NCBI RefSeq assembly: GCF_000737315.1
Contig: NZ_JMCB01000002.1
Span: 206,001-268,000, forward strand
Reading direction: 5' to 3'
Origin: Hyalangium minutum
GTDB taxonomy: Bacteria > Myxococcota > Myxococcia > Myxococcales > Myxococcaceae
Length of the DNA: 62,000 nt
Below, piece by piece: positions 35,386 to 45,834 of this stretch. A program made the position numbers and the translations under genes. Below the pieces are notes generated by a model, which was not told the origin of the DNA, searched no databases, and worked only from the letters and a program-made list of their open reading frames with translations. Numbering within the stretch: position 1 is the stretch's first letter; every line of letters starts with the position of its first letter.

Positions 35386-37188
35386 GTGTTCACGCCTGCA
35401 TACCCCCCCCGTGTTCCCTCGCGCCGGCTCGCGGCGCTTGCGCTGTGCGCCCTGTTCGCCGTGGCGGGCTGTACCGCCTTTGGCCGTGCCGTGAAGGAGG
35501 GTGACCAGTTCACCACCGAGCACAAATGGGCCGAGGCCGAGGCCGCCTACCTGCGCGCGCTCGCCGCGGATCCCGACGCGTCCGAGGTGACGGTCAAGCT
35601 GCGCTCCGTGCGCAAGGAGTGGAGCAAGGAGACCTACGACCAGGCCCAGAGCGTCCACGCCACCGGCGATCTGCCCGGCGCCCAGAAGCTGCTGCTCCGG
35701 GCCCTGGAGCTGGATGGAGAGAATGAGCCCGCGCGGACGTTGCTGACGCAGACGCTGGACGCGCGCGTGGCCGCAGGGCAGGCGGCGCTGAAGGAGGAGC
35801 GGCTGCAGGATGCGCGCGCCGAGTTCGACGCGGTGTTGGCCGTCTCGCCGGACCACGTGGCAGCTCGCAAAGGTGTGGATGCGGTGCAGGTAGCCTGGGC
35901 CCGGCGCTGGTTCAAGACGGCCCAGCAGCTCGAGGAGAGCGGGAAGCTGGGCAACGCGCTGCTGGCGTACCTGCGCGCGGACCAGGAGCGCGTGGGTGCC
36001 ACCGCGGCCCGCGAGCGCGCCGAGGCCGTGCGTCAGAAGCTGCGCGATGAGGTGGCCTACCTGGTGGTGGCTACCCCCGTGGAGGACAAGGCTCAGGCGC
36101 CGGATGTGGCCCAGCGGCTGGCCGCTGGACGGCTGGCCTCGATGCTCCCCAAGGAAGTGCCCATCCGTGTGGTGACGGAAGCTCCCGAGTCCAAGGTGGG
36201 TGTGAAGCTGGACCTGACCCTGGAGCGGGTGCTGCCCCTCAAGGCCGTGGAGCCCTTCCAGAAGACCCAGCGGTATCTGGCTGGCAATCGCTCCGTGCCC
36301 AACCCCAAGCGCCGGCAGTTCGAGGACCGGCTGCTCAACGCCGAGCGCACGCTGGAGGAGGTGGAGCGCAAGCAGGCCGTGGCGCTGCGCGACTACCTGC
36401 GCCGGCAGGCGGAGCTGAACACCGTGCGCCAGACGGCCGAGCGCTGCCGCGAGCGCGAGCGCAAGACCTGCCTGGAGATCATCCAGCGGTGCGGCGAGGC
36501 CGTCCGGGAGGTGGAGCAGGCTGGGCAGGTGCCCGAGGAGTGCAACCCGACGGCGTGCGCCACCCGTCAGTGCGGCCAGGAGGAAGCACTGCTGGCTCAG
36601 AATGCTGCCGTGGTGCTGCAGTTGGAGAAGCAGTTGGACGCGAGCTTGGAGCAGAACGAGCAGCAGCGGCGTGAGGTCCAACGCGGCCGGGACACCATGT
36701 TCCGCGAGCCCATCACGGTGGAGGAGCCGATGTACTCGGACTTCGTCTACGACGTGGAGCTGCACCGGCTCACCGTGAAGGCCACGGTCACCTCCGTGCT
36801 TCGGGAGCTGATGTCGGCCCAGGCCCCGCCCGCACCGGTGACGCAGGACTATGAGGTGAAGCACGAGGACTCCAGCAACAAGGGCTATGACCGGTATGGC
36901 GTGCTGGCGGATCCGGTGCAGCTGCGCAACGAGCTGGAGCTGCGCGTGGAGGTGGGCGACACGGCCATGGCGGACCTGGCCCACCGCGTGATGGAGCGCT
37001 TCGACGCGTATCGCCAGAAGCGGGTGGAGGATGCGCGCCGCGGCATGGTGCGCCCCGGCGCCGAGGATGTGGTGGAGACGTCGGTGCGGGTGCTGCTGCT
37101 GACCGCGGACAAGCCGCCCTCGGACATCCTCCTGCCTGTGACCCAGGCTCGGGGCCTGCAGCGCCCAGAGTCCCTCTTCAACAAGTGA
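35386..37188 (+). CDS. TPR-repeat coiled-coil lipoprotein (possibly TraC-like, unverified)
   Basis: Lipobox FAVAGC, N-terminal TPRs (WAEAEAAYLRALAADP), and a Cys-containing coiled-coil insertion. GTG start at 35386 is inferred. Confidence 0.8.
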   Translation: MFTPAYPPRVPSRRLAALALCALFAVAGCTAFGRAVKEGDQFTTEHKWAEAEAAYLRALAADPDASEVTVKLRSVRKEWSKETYDQAQSVHATGDLPGAQKLLLRALELDGENEPARTLLTQTLDARVAAGQAALKEERLQDARAEFDAVLAVSPDHVAARKGVDAVQVAWARRWFKTAQQLEESGKLGNALLAYLRADQERVGATAARERAEAVRQKLRDEVAYLVVATPVEDKAQAPDVAQRLAAGRLASMLPKEVPIRVVTEAPESKVGVKLDLTLERVLPLKAVEPFQKTQRYLAGNRSVPNPKRRQFEDRLLNAERTLEEVERKQAVALRDYLRRQAELNTVRQTAERCRERERKTCLEIIQRCGEAVREVEQAGQVPEECNPTACATRQCGQEEALLAQNAAVVLQLEKQLDASLEQNEQQRREVQRGRDTMFREPITVEEPMYSDFVYDVELHRLTVKATVTSVLRELMSAQAPPAPVTQDYEVKHEDSSNKGYDRYGVLADPVQLRNELELRVEVGDTAMADLAHRVMERFDAYRQKRVEDARRGMVRPGAEDVVETSVRVLLLTADKPPSDILLPVTQARGLQRPESLFNK

Positions 37189-37282
37189 CCTGCTAGGTTG
37201 AGCCCCAGGGCCTCCTCGCTCGAATCTTCTCCCGTTCGCCAAACCGAACGTGTTAGGTAGGCCGCAGGAGGTCCTACCCAAC

Positions 37283-38182
37283 ATGGCTCCGAACTCTCAT
37301 CCGCTCGTCACCATGTTTGAGCGGTTTGTCGTCTTCCAGCAGCCACACCTGGAGATCGGGCGGCGCTATATCCAGGCGTTTGGGTTGGCCAAGGGAGTCA
37401 ATGCCATCGTCGAGGACATGAACGAGGGGCGCCTGCCTTGGGACAAGGCCCAGAAGGTCCTGGCGCAGATGCATTACCTCTTCATCGAGTCCATCGTCCG
37501 GCGGGTGGGCTTCGAGCGCTTCAGTGATGTGCTCAAGGAGCCGGAGTACCTGGCCATGCAGGCGCAGAGCGTCGCGAGCGAGCAGCAGCGCCATGGCCCC
37601 TTCCCAGAAGATCGCTATGCCCGAGCGATCGAGTCGTTCGCCTGGAACTCCCTGCGCCACTGGCACTTCGTGGCGCAAGACCTTGGGGGCCGCCACATCT
37701 ATGAAATCACTCCCCGGCTTGCCCAGGTGCTGCGCCGGCCTCCTCCCCTGGAGGAGCCTTGGAGAAGGCCTCGGCTCCCCGTGCCCTCCTTGCTTCTCAT
37801 TGTCCCCGAAGAGGCGAAGCTCACCATCACCCTGAAAGGCTTCACCTCCCGGGAGGTCACCGAGATCTACGTTGTCGAGTCATCGCCGCCGCAGCACCAG
37901 TGGGCTGTGTGGATCCACGCTCCCATCGACGACTCCCTCAGTGAATCTGTGTATCTCGAGCTCCCGTTCTCCGCGGAGGGCACCCTCGAGGAGGGCCTCG
38001 ACCGCGCGCACGACATGTTCCAGAAGGACTCGCCGTCGATCGACGGCTGGAAGGAGTGCGTGCGCTGGCTCGCCGCCGCCATGCGCTACCTGGACCAGGG
38101 GGGGGCCCGCATGGAGTTCCAGCCCGGGGAGAGTGATCCTTCGCGCCGCGTCCTCATCGGCGACTCGGAGGCCATTCAATAG
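37283..38182 (+). CDS. Hypothetical cytoplasmic protein
   Basis: AGGAGG RBS before ATG 37283; strong GC3 bias; no motif recognised. Confidence 0.8.
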   Translation: MAPNSHPLVTMFERFVVFQQPHLEIGRRYIQAFGLAKGVNAIVEDMNEGRLPWDKAQKVLAQMHYLFIESIVRRVGFERFSDVLKEPEYLAMQAQSVASEQQRHGPFPEDRYARAIESFAWNSLRHWHFVAQDLGGRHIYEITPRLAQVLRRPPPLEEPWRRPRLPVPSLLLIVPEEAKLTITLKGFTSREVTEIYVVESSPPQHQWAVWIHAPIDDSLSESVYLELPFSAEGTLEEGLDRAHDMFQKDSPSIDGWKECVRWLAAAMRYLDQGGARMEFQPGESDPSRRVLIGDSEAIQ

Positions 38183-38191
38183 GAGAGGGAC

Positions 38192-41100
38192 TCACGGGGC
38201 CTTGGCCACCGGGATCATCTCCTCGCGGCGCAGCAGGAGCAGCGCGTCGTTCTTCGGCAGGATTCGCACCTGGAAGCGCCGCCGGTACTCATCCTCCGGT
38301 GTGAAGACGCCCCGGTCACTCACCAGCAGCAGCGCCGTGGGCACGACGTACCGCTGGGAGCGGTTACCGTAGTAGTGCACCACCACGTGATACGGCCCCG
38401 GTGCCGCTTTGCGCGCGTGGTACAGCTCCGGCCCCAATCCATCCGTGATGTCCCAGAAGAGCTTGCCGCCCAGCTGCGTCGTCCGGTGGGAGTAGAAGCA
38501 GCGCTCCCCGTTGGGCTCGATCACCCAGAGGTCGATGTCCGTGTTGTCCGAGTTCCAGTGCGTGGTGAGCTGGTAGTCGATCGGCTGGAAGTCCATGGCC
38601 ACTCCGTCTTGCTGGAGCTTCGCCAGCTCGGCTTGCCGGGCGCGCAGCACGCTCGCGATACCCTCCGCACGCGGGTGCCGGGCCAGGCCGTTGAGCATGC
38701 GGGCGTAGTGGTAGGCCGCCGCCGTCCTCAGCTCCGAAGGGTGCCGCGGCCAGTTGCGCGCCAGGACGATCTCGTAGTTGCGCGCCGCCTCCGAGTAGCG
38801 GCCTGTCGCGTCCAGCGCCAGCGCCTCCTCGAGGAACGCCTGGGCTTCGAAGGGCCGGTTGAGCCGCACATGCTCGAAGAGCTCCGCCGCCGCCGGGTAC
38901 TGGCCCAGCGCCAACATGCCGTAGCCCACCAGGCGCAGCGCCTCGGCGTCCGTTGGCCGCAGCTCCACCGGTGAGGAGAGCGCCCGCACCGCGCCCCAGG
39001 TGTCTCCCACGAAGGCCCGCTTGCGCGCGATGGCTTCGTACACGAGCACGTCATCCCGGTTCTCGCGCCGCGCCGTCCGGTACTGCAGCTCCGCCTGGAG
39101 GCGCTCGTCCCCTCCCGCGTAGGGCTCGTCCTTGAGCGGTTGCTTCCGCAACATCGCTCCCAGCTGGCTCTTGAGCTCGCTCAGCTTACGCACCACCTGC
39201 CGGCCCGAGTCCGGTACGTCATCCAGGGCGATACCCAGCAGCTTGTCGCGCCGCTGATCCTCTTCCTTCCTGCGCAGCCCCTCCAGGTCCTGCAGGTCCA
39301 CCTGCTCGTTCTTCACGGAGTAGCGGGTGTAGTCGCCCTCGGACTCCAGCACGAGCATGGAGGCTCGCGCGTTGGCCAGCCGGTAGTGCTGGCTGAGCGC
39401 CACCACCATCCGGTCCAGCCGTTCGTCATCCAGTGAGACGAGCCGCGACACGAAGAGCTCCGCCCACGCCCGGGGCGCGAAGCTGCTGTCCGTGTCGCGC
39501 GGCAGCGGCACGCGCAGCACGCGCTCTTGCTCGCCCACGCGGGTCACCACTTCCAGCTCCGCCGCGCCTTCGCCCGGCAGCCGCCCCGCCACCTGTAGCT
39601 CCTGGCCCGGGAAGACGAGCCGCGGACGGCCCGCCACCACCAGATCCTTCACTGCCGTGCCCTTCACCTCCACACGTGCCAGCACGACCGAGGCTGCACG
39701 GTGTGCCAGGGCCGCCGCGTCCACCTCCAAGCCGGACAGCACGTTCACCACGCGGCCGTCGCTGGCACGCGCCAGCGCGTCGAACAGCTCCTGGTTCACC
39801 GCCGACTCGCCGAAGCGGTAGGTCATCCACCGCAGCGTCTCCACGCTCGGGTGGTTGGCCACCAGCGCCTCCACGCGCCCCTGGCCCCAGGTGGTGAGGC
39901 CGTCCGAGAGCAGGAACGCCGTCACCCGCTCCCCCGCTTTGGCCGGCTTGAGCCAGTCGCCTCCCGCATGGTCCAGCTCCTCCAGCATTCCGTCCACGTG
40001 CGAGGCCCCCTCCAGGAAGATGTTCTCCAGCTCGGAGAACGTCTGCTGGCGGTGCTCGACGTCGTTGGGCCGCCAGCCCGGGCTGTGGAGCCAGCGCGGG
40101 CGCACGTCGAACAGCAGCACCGCGTACTCCTTCAGCGAGTCATCCTTCTCCAGCAGGGCTCGCAGCGTGGCGGCCTGGAGCGCCCAGGCGTTGCCGTCGT
40201 CCGCTGACAGCGAGGTGTCCACCACCAGCACCGCACGTCCCGTGGGAGGGCCCCCCTCCCCCGAGGTCAGCTTCTCGGGCAGCCGCACCCGCGCGTAGAA
40301 GGCCTGTCCCGGAAGCCCCGCCGCGTCCTTGCCCACCAGCACGTCCGCGTCCGCGTTCCGTGGCGCCAGTGCCACCGCCAGCGTGCCGTCTCCCTGAAGC
40401 TTGGGCAGATCATGCGCCTGCCAGGGGCCCAGCGTCCGAGGCTTCCCCGCCGGAGTGGGCTGCACCGACACCTCGCCTACCTGCCGCGGATCCACGTGCA
40501 CGCGCGCGGAGACCTGCACCCCTTGTCCTGCTCCCGGAGGCAGCGGCCACGTATAGCGCAGGCGCTGGCCGTCGAAGAGCAGCGTCTGCTCGTAGGCGAT
40601 GACGACCCGCTTGAGCGACTTGGGCGGCAGCGGGAACACCCTCGCGCTGAACGTCGAGGCCCCCGCCCACTCCAGCAGCGCCGGATCCACGTTGCGGCGG
40701 ACCACGTCCTCGTAGACCTCCCGGGCTCGCTTCTGCTCGACGACGCGGGCCTCCTGGCGCTCGCCCCAAGAGCGCTTCGCACCAGCAGGACTCGGAGGGG
40801 CTGCGGAGGCCAGCTCTTCCTCCTTGCCCGAACTGTCGCCCAGCGAGGGCAGCAGCTCGGATGACTGGAAGAGCGAGGGAGAGTCCACCGCCACCGAGCC
40901 CGAGTAGAGCGCGAAGCCCGCCACCGTCGCTCCTCCGGGCAGCGGGTAGAAGAAGGTCCCCTCCAGGCTGCGGGCCGTGTCGTTCTCGAAGAGGTGGTCC
41001 ACCACCGTCCGCGCCCGGGAGCCCTGGATGTACGTCACCACCCGCACTGCGCGCAGCTTGAGCGGCGCGTAGCGTCCGGACTCGTTCGTCACCAGCACCT

Positions 41101-41764
41101 TGGCCGTGCGCGGCGCGGCCTCTACCTTCGGAAGCACCGGCGTGGGGAGCGTGTCCTCCTTGCCGCCCTTGGCCTTCTTCGCGGGCTCCGGCGCGTTTCC
41201 GCCACCTGAGCTCATTCCGAAGAGCTCACCGCTTGTGGCGTTCCTCGCGGGAGCCATTCTCGCTCCTGCAGGGGCTGAGGCCCGGGGAGGAGGCGGAGGA
41301 GGCGGAGCGCTGGGAGCTGGCGCTACGGCGCCACCGAGCACACCGCCAACGACTCCGCCCACAACGCCTCCGACAACTCCTCCTTCCACTCCGTCCTCGG
41401 CCGGCGCGCTCCTCTCCGCCATCGGCTCGCCGGGAGCCTCGTGTTCCGCGGGGGCGGGGCGTGGGCGTGCCGCCTCCTCGAGCTTGGCGACCTGCTCTTC
41501 GGTAATGACCTGCGGATCCGCCACGGAGTCCCGCAGCTCCGCGAGGTCCACGGCTCCTGTGTCCGCGGCCGCGAGTACGGCCTCGGGAGCTGCCAGCCCT
41601 GCCTTCTTGAAGCGCTCCACCTCTTCCTTCGATGCCGTGGCTGCCGGGGACGCCGGCTGCGACGGAGGCGTGGGAGGCTTGGGCTCACCGGGTGTGCTAC
41701 GGGTGCAGCCCGAGAGAAGGAGCCACGTCGACAGCAGGAGGGCCGAGGCGCGCGTCAGGTGCAT
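38192..41764 (-). CDS. VIT-VWA-TPR-DUF2135(YfaP-like) lipoprotein
   Basis: Lipobox LLSGC; Pro/Ala linker; VIT domain ([22 protein letters not shown]); VWA MIDAS VVDTSLS; TPRs; C-terminal [27 protein letters not shown]. Confidence 0.88.
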   Translation of the reverse strand: MHLTRASALLLSTWLLLSGCTRSTPGEPKPPTPPSQPASPAATASKEEVERFKKAGLAAPEAVLAAADTGAVDLAELRDSVADPQVITEEQVAKLEEAARPRPAPAEHEAPGEPMAERSAPAEDGVEGGVVGGVVGGVVGGVLGGAVAPAPSAPPPPPPPRASAPAGARMAPARNATSGELFGMSSGGGNAPEPAKKAKGGKEDTLPTPVLPKVEAAPRTAKVLVTNESGRYAPLKLRAVRVVTYIQGSRARTVVDHLFENDTARSLEGTFFYPLPGGATVAGFALYSGSVAVDSPSLFQSSELLPSLGDSSGKEEELASAAPPSPAGAKRSWGERQEARVVEQKRAREVYEDVVRRNVDPALLEWAGASTFSARVFPLPPKSLKRVVIAYEQTLLFDGQRLRYTWPLPPGAGQGVQVSARVHVDPRQVGEVSVQPTPAGKPRTLGPWQAHDLPKLQGDGTLAVALAPRNADADVLVGKDAAGLPGQAFYARVRLPEKLTSGEGGPPTGRAVLVVDTSLSADDGNAWALQAATLRALLEKDDSLKEYAVLLFDVRPRWLHSPGWRPNDVEHRQQTFSELENIFLEGASHVDGMLEELDHAGGDWLKPAKAGERVTAFLLSDGLTTWGQGRVEALVANHPSVETLRWMTYRFGESAVNQELFDALARASDGRVVNVLSGLEVDAAALAHRAASVVLARVEVKGTAVKDLVVAGRPRLVFPGQELQVAGRLPGEGAAELEVVTRVGEQERVLRVPLPRDTDSSFAPRAWAELFVSRLVSLDDERLDRMVVALSQHYRLANARASMLVLESEGDYTRYSVKNEQVDLQDLEGLRRKEEDQRRDKLLGIALDDVPDSGRQVVRKLSELKSQLGAMLRKQPLKDEPYAGGDERLQAELQYRTARRENRDDVLVYEAIARKRAFVGDTWGAVRALSSPVELRPTDAEALRLVGYGMLALGQYPAAAELFEHVRLNRPFEAQAFLEEALALDATGRYSEAARNYEIVLARNWPRHPSELRTAAAYHYARMLNGLARHPRAEGIASVLRARQAELAKLQQDGVAMDFQPIDYQLTTHWNSDNTDIDLWVIEPNGERCFYSHRTTQLGGKLFWDITDGLGPELYHARKAAPGPYHVVVHYYGNRSQRYVVPTALLLVSDRGVFTPEDEYRRRFQVRILPKNDALLLLRREEMIPVAKAP

Positions 41765-41831
41765 GCCCCGGGACGTTAGCCCAAGGTGCCTTGTGTGTGC
41801 GCCGGGGACCTGAGAGGTCCCTGCTCTCGCG

Positions 41832-43094
41832 TCAGTCCACGTTCGCGCTCACGCCACCGTGCTGGAGGCGGAGCTGCTCCAGGTGACGGCGCCGGGCGTC
41901 AGCCGCAGCCAGGTTCCACGCGCCCGCGAGCAGGCCCGTCAGCAGACAGCCCCCCCAGAGGGTGGTGGAGCCAAAACGGCCCAGCACCGTCCCGCCCAGC
42001 GCTGGCGCGAGGCAGGAGGCCACTCCCCAACTCATGGAAAAGACGCCCTGGTAGCTGCCGCGCAGCTGAGGCGAGGCGAGATCCGCCACCACCGAGGAGG
42101 AGACGGTCGCGCCGAGGATCTCCCCCACCGTCCACACGGCCACGGCGAGCATGGCCAGCGGAACGGTGGCGGACAGCGCGTGCAGCCCGAAGCCCAGCCC
42201 GGTGAACACCGCACCCGCCGCGAGCACGGAGGAGCGGCGCCACCGGGTGACGAGGCGCGCCATAATGGGCTGCAGCAGGACGATCAGCACCCCGTTGACG
42301 GCCATGATCGTCCCGTACTCCGTCGTCCGCAGTCCGCGGGCGATCAGGTCCAAGGCGAGCGCCGTGTGGCCCTGGAAGAAGATCAGCGCCACCATGAAGT
42401 TGGGCACCCAGAAGGCCAGGAAGGTCTTGTCCTTGAAGGGGACGGCCGAAGGCAGCAGCGAGCGCGAGGGGGTGAACTGGGGACTGGTCTCCGGGACCTT
42501 GAACCAGACGACGCAGCCGTAGATGAAGGTGGTGAGCGCATCCCCCACGAAGAGCAGCAGGAAGCCGCCCTGGGCCACGAAGCCTCCTAGCGGCAGGGCG
42601 ATGGCGAAGCCCACGTTCACCACCCAGTACAGCAGGCCATAGGCGCGAACCCGATCATTGGGGGCCACCACGTCCGCGACGGCTGCGGATACAGCGGGCC
42701 GGTAGAGATCTCCCAGGAGTCCGGCGGTGAAGGCGGCGATGCGCAGCCACAGGAGCTGCTCGGAGAAGCCCAGGAAGAGCATTCCTCCCGAGGCCAGCCA
42801 GAGCCCCAGCACCAGCGCGATGCGGCGCCCGAACCGGTCCGCGAGCATCCCGCCCACCAAGGAGGACAGCATCGAGCCCGCGCCGAACAGCGCCACGACA
42901 AAGCCAGCCCGCTCCTCCGTGAGGCCCCGCTCGCGCGTCAGGTAGATCGCCAGAAAGGGCACGACGAAGCCGCCCAGCCGGTTCACCAGGGTGCCCACCC
43001 ACAAGACCCAATAGGTGGAGGGCAACCCGCCGACGGTGACACGCAGCTGCTCCACGAGCTTGTGGCGGAGCGTCACGGTGGAAGGGGAGGACAT
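41832..43094 (-). CDS. MFS transporter (DHA1/YfmO-like)
   Basis: Twelve predicted TM helices, motif [12 protein letters not shown], second-repeat LRGSYQG. Start may be 43109. Confidence 0.93.
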   Translation of the reverse strand: MSSPSTVTLRHKLVEQLRVTVGGLPSTYWVLWVGTLVNRLGGFVVPFLAIYLTRERGLTEERAGFVVALFGAGSMLSSLVGGMLADRFGRRIALVLGLWLASGGMLFLGFSEQLLWLRIAAFTAGLLGDLYRPAVSAAVADVVAPNDRVRAYGLLYWVVNVGFAIALPLGGFVAQGGFLLLFVGDALTTFIYGCVVWFKVPETSPQFTPSRSLLPSAVPFKDKTFLAFWVPNFMVALIFFQGHTALALDLIARGLRTTEYGTIMAVNGVLIVLLQPIMARLVTRWRRSSVLAAGAVFTGLGFGLHALSATVPLAMLAVAVWTVGEILGATVSSSVVADLASPQLRGSYQGVFSMSWGVASCLAPALGGTVLGRFGSTTLWGGCLLTGLLAGAWNLAAADARRRHLEQLRLQHGGVSANVD

Positions 43095-43213
43095 GCTGGC
43101 GCGCAGCATGCGCCAGAGCCCGGCGCTCTCCAAGAGGGGGGTGGGTTCACCCGTGGAGGGCGCCCGGTGCTGCCGTCGGGTGCTGGCTCGTCCCCTCGCT
43201 TGCTGAGCTGGCG

Positions 43214-43810
43214 TCAGCCTTTCACCACGGGCAGGGCCGCGAGCGCGGCGGGGCGCTTCTCCGGAGCGCACATGTTGTTGTCAGCCGGGCGCTTGCCGAA
43301 GAAGAGCTGGTTGCCCTCCACCCTCACGAGGTCGTGGTCCGTGCCGCACGCGGACGTGGGCTGGAAGAACAGGCAGCCCGTGGCTGTCGTCCGCTGCTCC
43401 TCGCCCACCTTCCACGTGCCCGTGCCGCACTTCGCGTTCTGGAACGCGTCCGCCAGCGGCTGCATGTGCGGCGTCATGTAGAGCTCTCCGAAGCCGAAGT
43501 TGCCCTCGGTGGCCCCCGGTACCGCCGCCGAGTCCTTCACCAGCGTGTACGGCCCCTGGACGCGCGCGGTGAACAGCTTCGCCTGGCACTGTGCGTCCCC
43601 GAACGCCTCCAGCCGCAGCGCCCAGGTGTTCTCCGTCAGCGTGAAGTGGCGCTGGATGTAGTTGTTGTTCCCAGCGGGTTCGCACGTGGGGCTGTCCCAG
43701 GCGCCAGCCAGTTCCTGCGGCGTCACCGCTGTCTTGGGCCCCTGCGGGGTGGTGGCGCAGGCGGCGGACAGCGCGGCGAGGGCAGCGAGGAGGCGGAGCG
43801 AGGTCTTCAT
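43214..43810 (-). CDS. APCDD1-domain-like lipoprotein
   Basis: Lipobox LSAAC; LAGAWDSPTCE..QRHFT...W...FGDAQC..LFT..GPY...GATE...CG.GTW.VG...C...D....LFFGKRPAD...RP pattern resembles the animal APCDD1 domain. Confidence 0.7.
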   Translation of the reverse strand: MKTSLRLLAALAALSAACATTPQGPKTAVTPQELAGAWDSPTCEPAGNNNYIQRHFTLTENTWALRLEAFGDAQCQAKLFTARVQGPYTLVKDSAAVPGATEGNFGFGELYMTPHMQPLADAFQNAKCGTGTWKVGEEQRTTATGCLFFQPTSACGTDHDLVRVEGNQLFFGKRPADNNMCAPEKRPAALAALPVVKG

Positions 43811-43932
43811 GGTGTGCTTCCTTTCACGGTGAATCGGGCGCGGCGTGCGTCCCGAACGCTCCAAGAAATGCCTCAGCCTTCGCCCTGCGGAAACGCTGGA
43901 GTTCGCCGGATACCCCTGCGAATCTGCAGGCC

Positions 43933-44907
43933 ATGCCGCATTGGGATGACCTTCGCTACTTCCTGGCCATCGCCCGGGAGGGTTCACTCGCCTCGGCGGG
44001 ACGGGCGCTCCGGGTGGATGCCACCACCGTAGGACGGAGGCTCAGCGTGCTCGAGGAGGGGCTGGGGGCGCGGCTCTTCGACCGGATGCCCGCGGGCTTC
44101 GTGCTCACGGAGGCCGGGCGCAACATCCGCTCCGCCGTAGAGGAGATGGAGGCCGCCGTGCTCGCCGTGGAGCGCAAGGCCAGTGGGGATGACACCCGCT
44201 TGGAGGGCGTGGTGCGCGTCACCATGACCGAGGCCTTCGCCGTGAGCACGTTGCTGCCCCGCTTCGCCCCTTTTCGCGAGCGCCACCCTGGCATCGAGGT
44301 GCAGTTCCTCACCGACTACGGCGCCCTGGACCTCGTCCGGCGCGAGGCGGACATCGCCGTGCGCCTCACCCGTCCCAAGGAAGACACACTGGTGGCTCGC
44401 AAGGTGGGGGAGATCGCCATCGCCCCCTATGCCGCCGAGCGCTACCTGACTCGCAAGGGGCAGCCAGATCCAGCGTCCGGCTTCGCCGGGCACGAGGTCA
44501 TCGGCTACGCGGATGCGGCCTCGAAGTGGCCCGAGGCGCGGTGGGTGGGGGAGGTGGGGGCCTCGGCTCGGGTGGCGGTGCGCTGCAACTCGCTGCTGTC
44601 GGTGGTGGCGGCTGCCGCGGCGGGTGTGGGGATTGGGCTGATGCCGTGTTTCATGGGCGACAGGGATCCGGAGCTGCGCCGGCTGATGCCCCCCGTTTCT
44701 TCCCTGCGGCGCGATATCTGGCTGGTGGTTCACCGCGACTTGCAGCACAACGCGCGTGTGCGTGCCGTGCTTCACTTCCTTGACGAGCTCATCCAGCGTG
44801 AGCGCCCGCTCATCGCGGGAGAGGGGCTTGTCTCGCCCACGTCCGAGCCCGTGGCGCCCTCCCGGCCCCCTGCGGTGGCACGCAAGCCGAGGGCTCGCTC
44901 CGTATGA
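43933..44907 (+). CDS. LysR-family transcriptional regulator
   Basis: WDDLRYFLAIAREGSLASAGRAL..TTVGRRL..LEEGLGARLFDR HTH; substrate-binding domain with READIAVR. Confidence 0.96.
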   Translation: MPHWDDLRYFLAIAREGSLASAGRALRVDATTVGRRLSVLEEGLGARLFDRMPAGFVLTEAGRNIRSAVEEMEAAVLAVERKASGDDTRLEGVVRVTMTEAFAVSTLLPRFAPFRERHPGIEVQFLTDYGALDLVRREADIAVRLTRPKEDTLVARKVGEIAIAPYAAERYLTRKGQPDPASGFAGHEVIGYADAASKWPEARWVGEVGASARVAVRCNSLLSVVAAAAAGVGIGLMPCFMGDRDPELRRLMPPVSSLRRDIWLVVHRDLQHNARVRAVLHFLDELIQRERPLIAGEGLVSPTSEPVAPSRPPAVARKPRARSV

Positions 44908-45809
44908 TGGCGGTCATCAGCTTGCTGGGCGTGTGCCTGGTGCTCGGAGTGCTCGCGCGTCGCACAGACCGTTTTCCACCGCAGACGGTCCCGGTGCTCA
45001 ACTCGTTCATCATCGCGGTCGCCTTGCCTGCGCTCGTACTGCGCGTGGTGCACAAGTTGGAGTTCCATGCCGCCCTGCTGGCGGCCGCCGCTTCGCCGTG
45101 GGTCGTCTTCGTGGTGGCGGTCGCGCTGTTCCGCGGCGTGGGGGCTCGTGTGGGGCTGAAGCGGGAGTCCATCGCCGCGCTCGTGCTTACGGGGGGCCTG
45201 AGCAACACCGCCTTCGTGGGCTTGCCCATGGCCGAGGCGCTGCTGGGACGCGAGGGGCTCGCGGTGGCGGTGGTGGTGGATCAGCTCGGGACCTTCCTCG
45301 TGCTGGCCACGCTCGCGACGCTCTTCGCCGCGCGGGCCTCCGCGGGAGAGGGCGAGGCCCTTCGCCCCGCCGCGCTCATGCGCAAGGTGGTGACGTTCCC
45401 ACCGTTCATCGCGCTCGTCCTGGCGTTGGTGCTGCGGCCGCTGCACTTCCCGGAGTGGGTGGACACGGTGCTGGAGCGGCTGGGGTCGACGCTCACGCCG
45501 CTCGCGCTCTTCTCCGTGGGGTTTCAGCTCCAGCTCCGAGGCTTGAGGGCCAGGGCCGGTGGGTTGGCCCTGGGATTGGTCTTCAAGCTGGTGCTGGCGC
45601 CGGCGCTGGTGGTGCTCGCGCTATGGGCCCTGCCGGTGGAGCCCATCGTCCGCAAGGCCACCCTCATGCAGAACGCCATGGCCCCCATGGTCAGCGGTGC
45701 CATCCTGGCCTCCGAGCACAAGCTGGATCCAGAACTCGCCGCGCTCATGGTGGGCTTCGGCATCCCCCTGAGCTTCCTCACCGTGCTGATATGGATGCAG
45801 TGGGTGTGA
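44904..45809 (+). CDS. AEC (auxin efflux carrier)-family transporter
   Basis: Ten TM helices, SNTAFVGLP, PPFIAL, PLALFSVG, AMAPMV motifs; ATGA-coupled to lysR. Confidence 0.9.
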   Translation: MMAVISLLGVCLVLGVLARRTDRFPPQTVPVLNSFIIAVALPALVLRVVHKLEFHAALLAAAASPWVVFVVAVALFRGVGARVGLKRESIAALVLTGGLSNTAFVGLPMAEALLGREGLAVAVVVDQLGTFLVLATLATLFAARASAGEGEALRPAALMRKVVTFPPFIALVLALVLRPLHFPEWVDTVLERLGSTLTPLALFSVGFQLQLRGLRARAGGLALGLVFKLVLAPALVVLALWALPVEPIVRKATLMQNAMAPMVSGAILASEHKLDPELAALMVGFGIPLSFLTVLIWMQWV

Positions 45810-45834
45810 GGACGCGCAATTCGGAAGTCCTATA

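Noticed and set aside
35403-35410. C8 homopolymer near the 5' end of the TPR lipoprotein as a phase-variation switch
   Set aside because: Eight C residues is unremarkable in a GC-rich genome, and the frame is intact.
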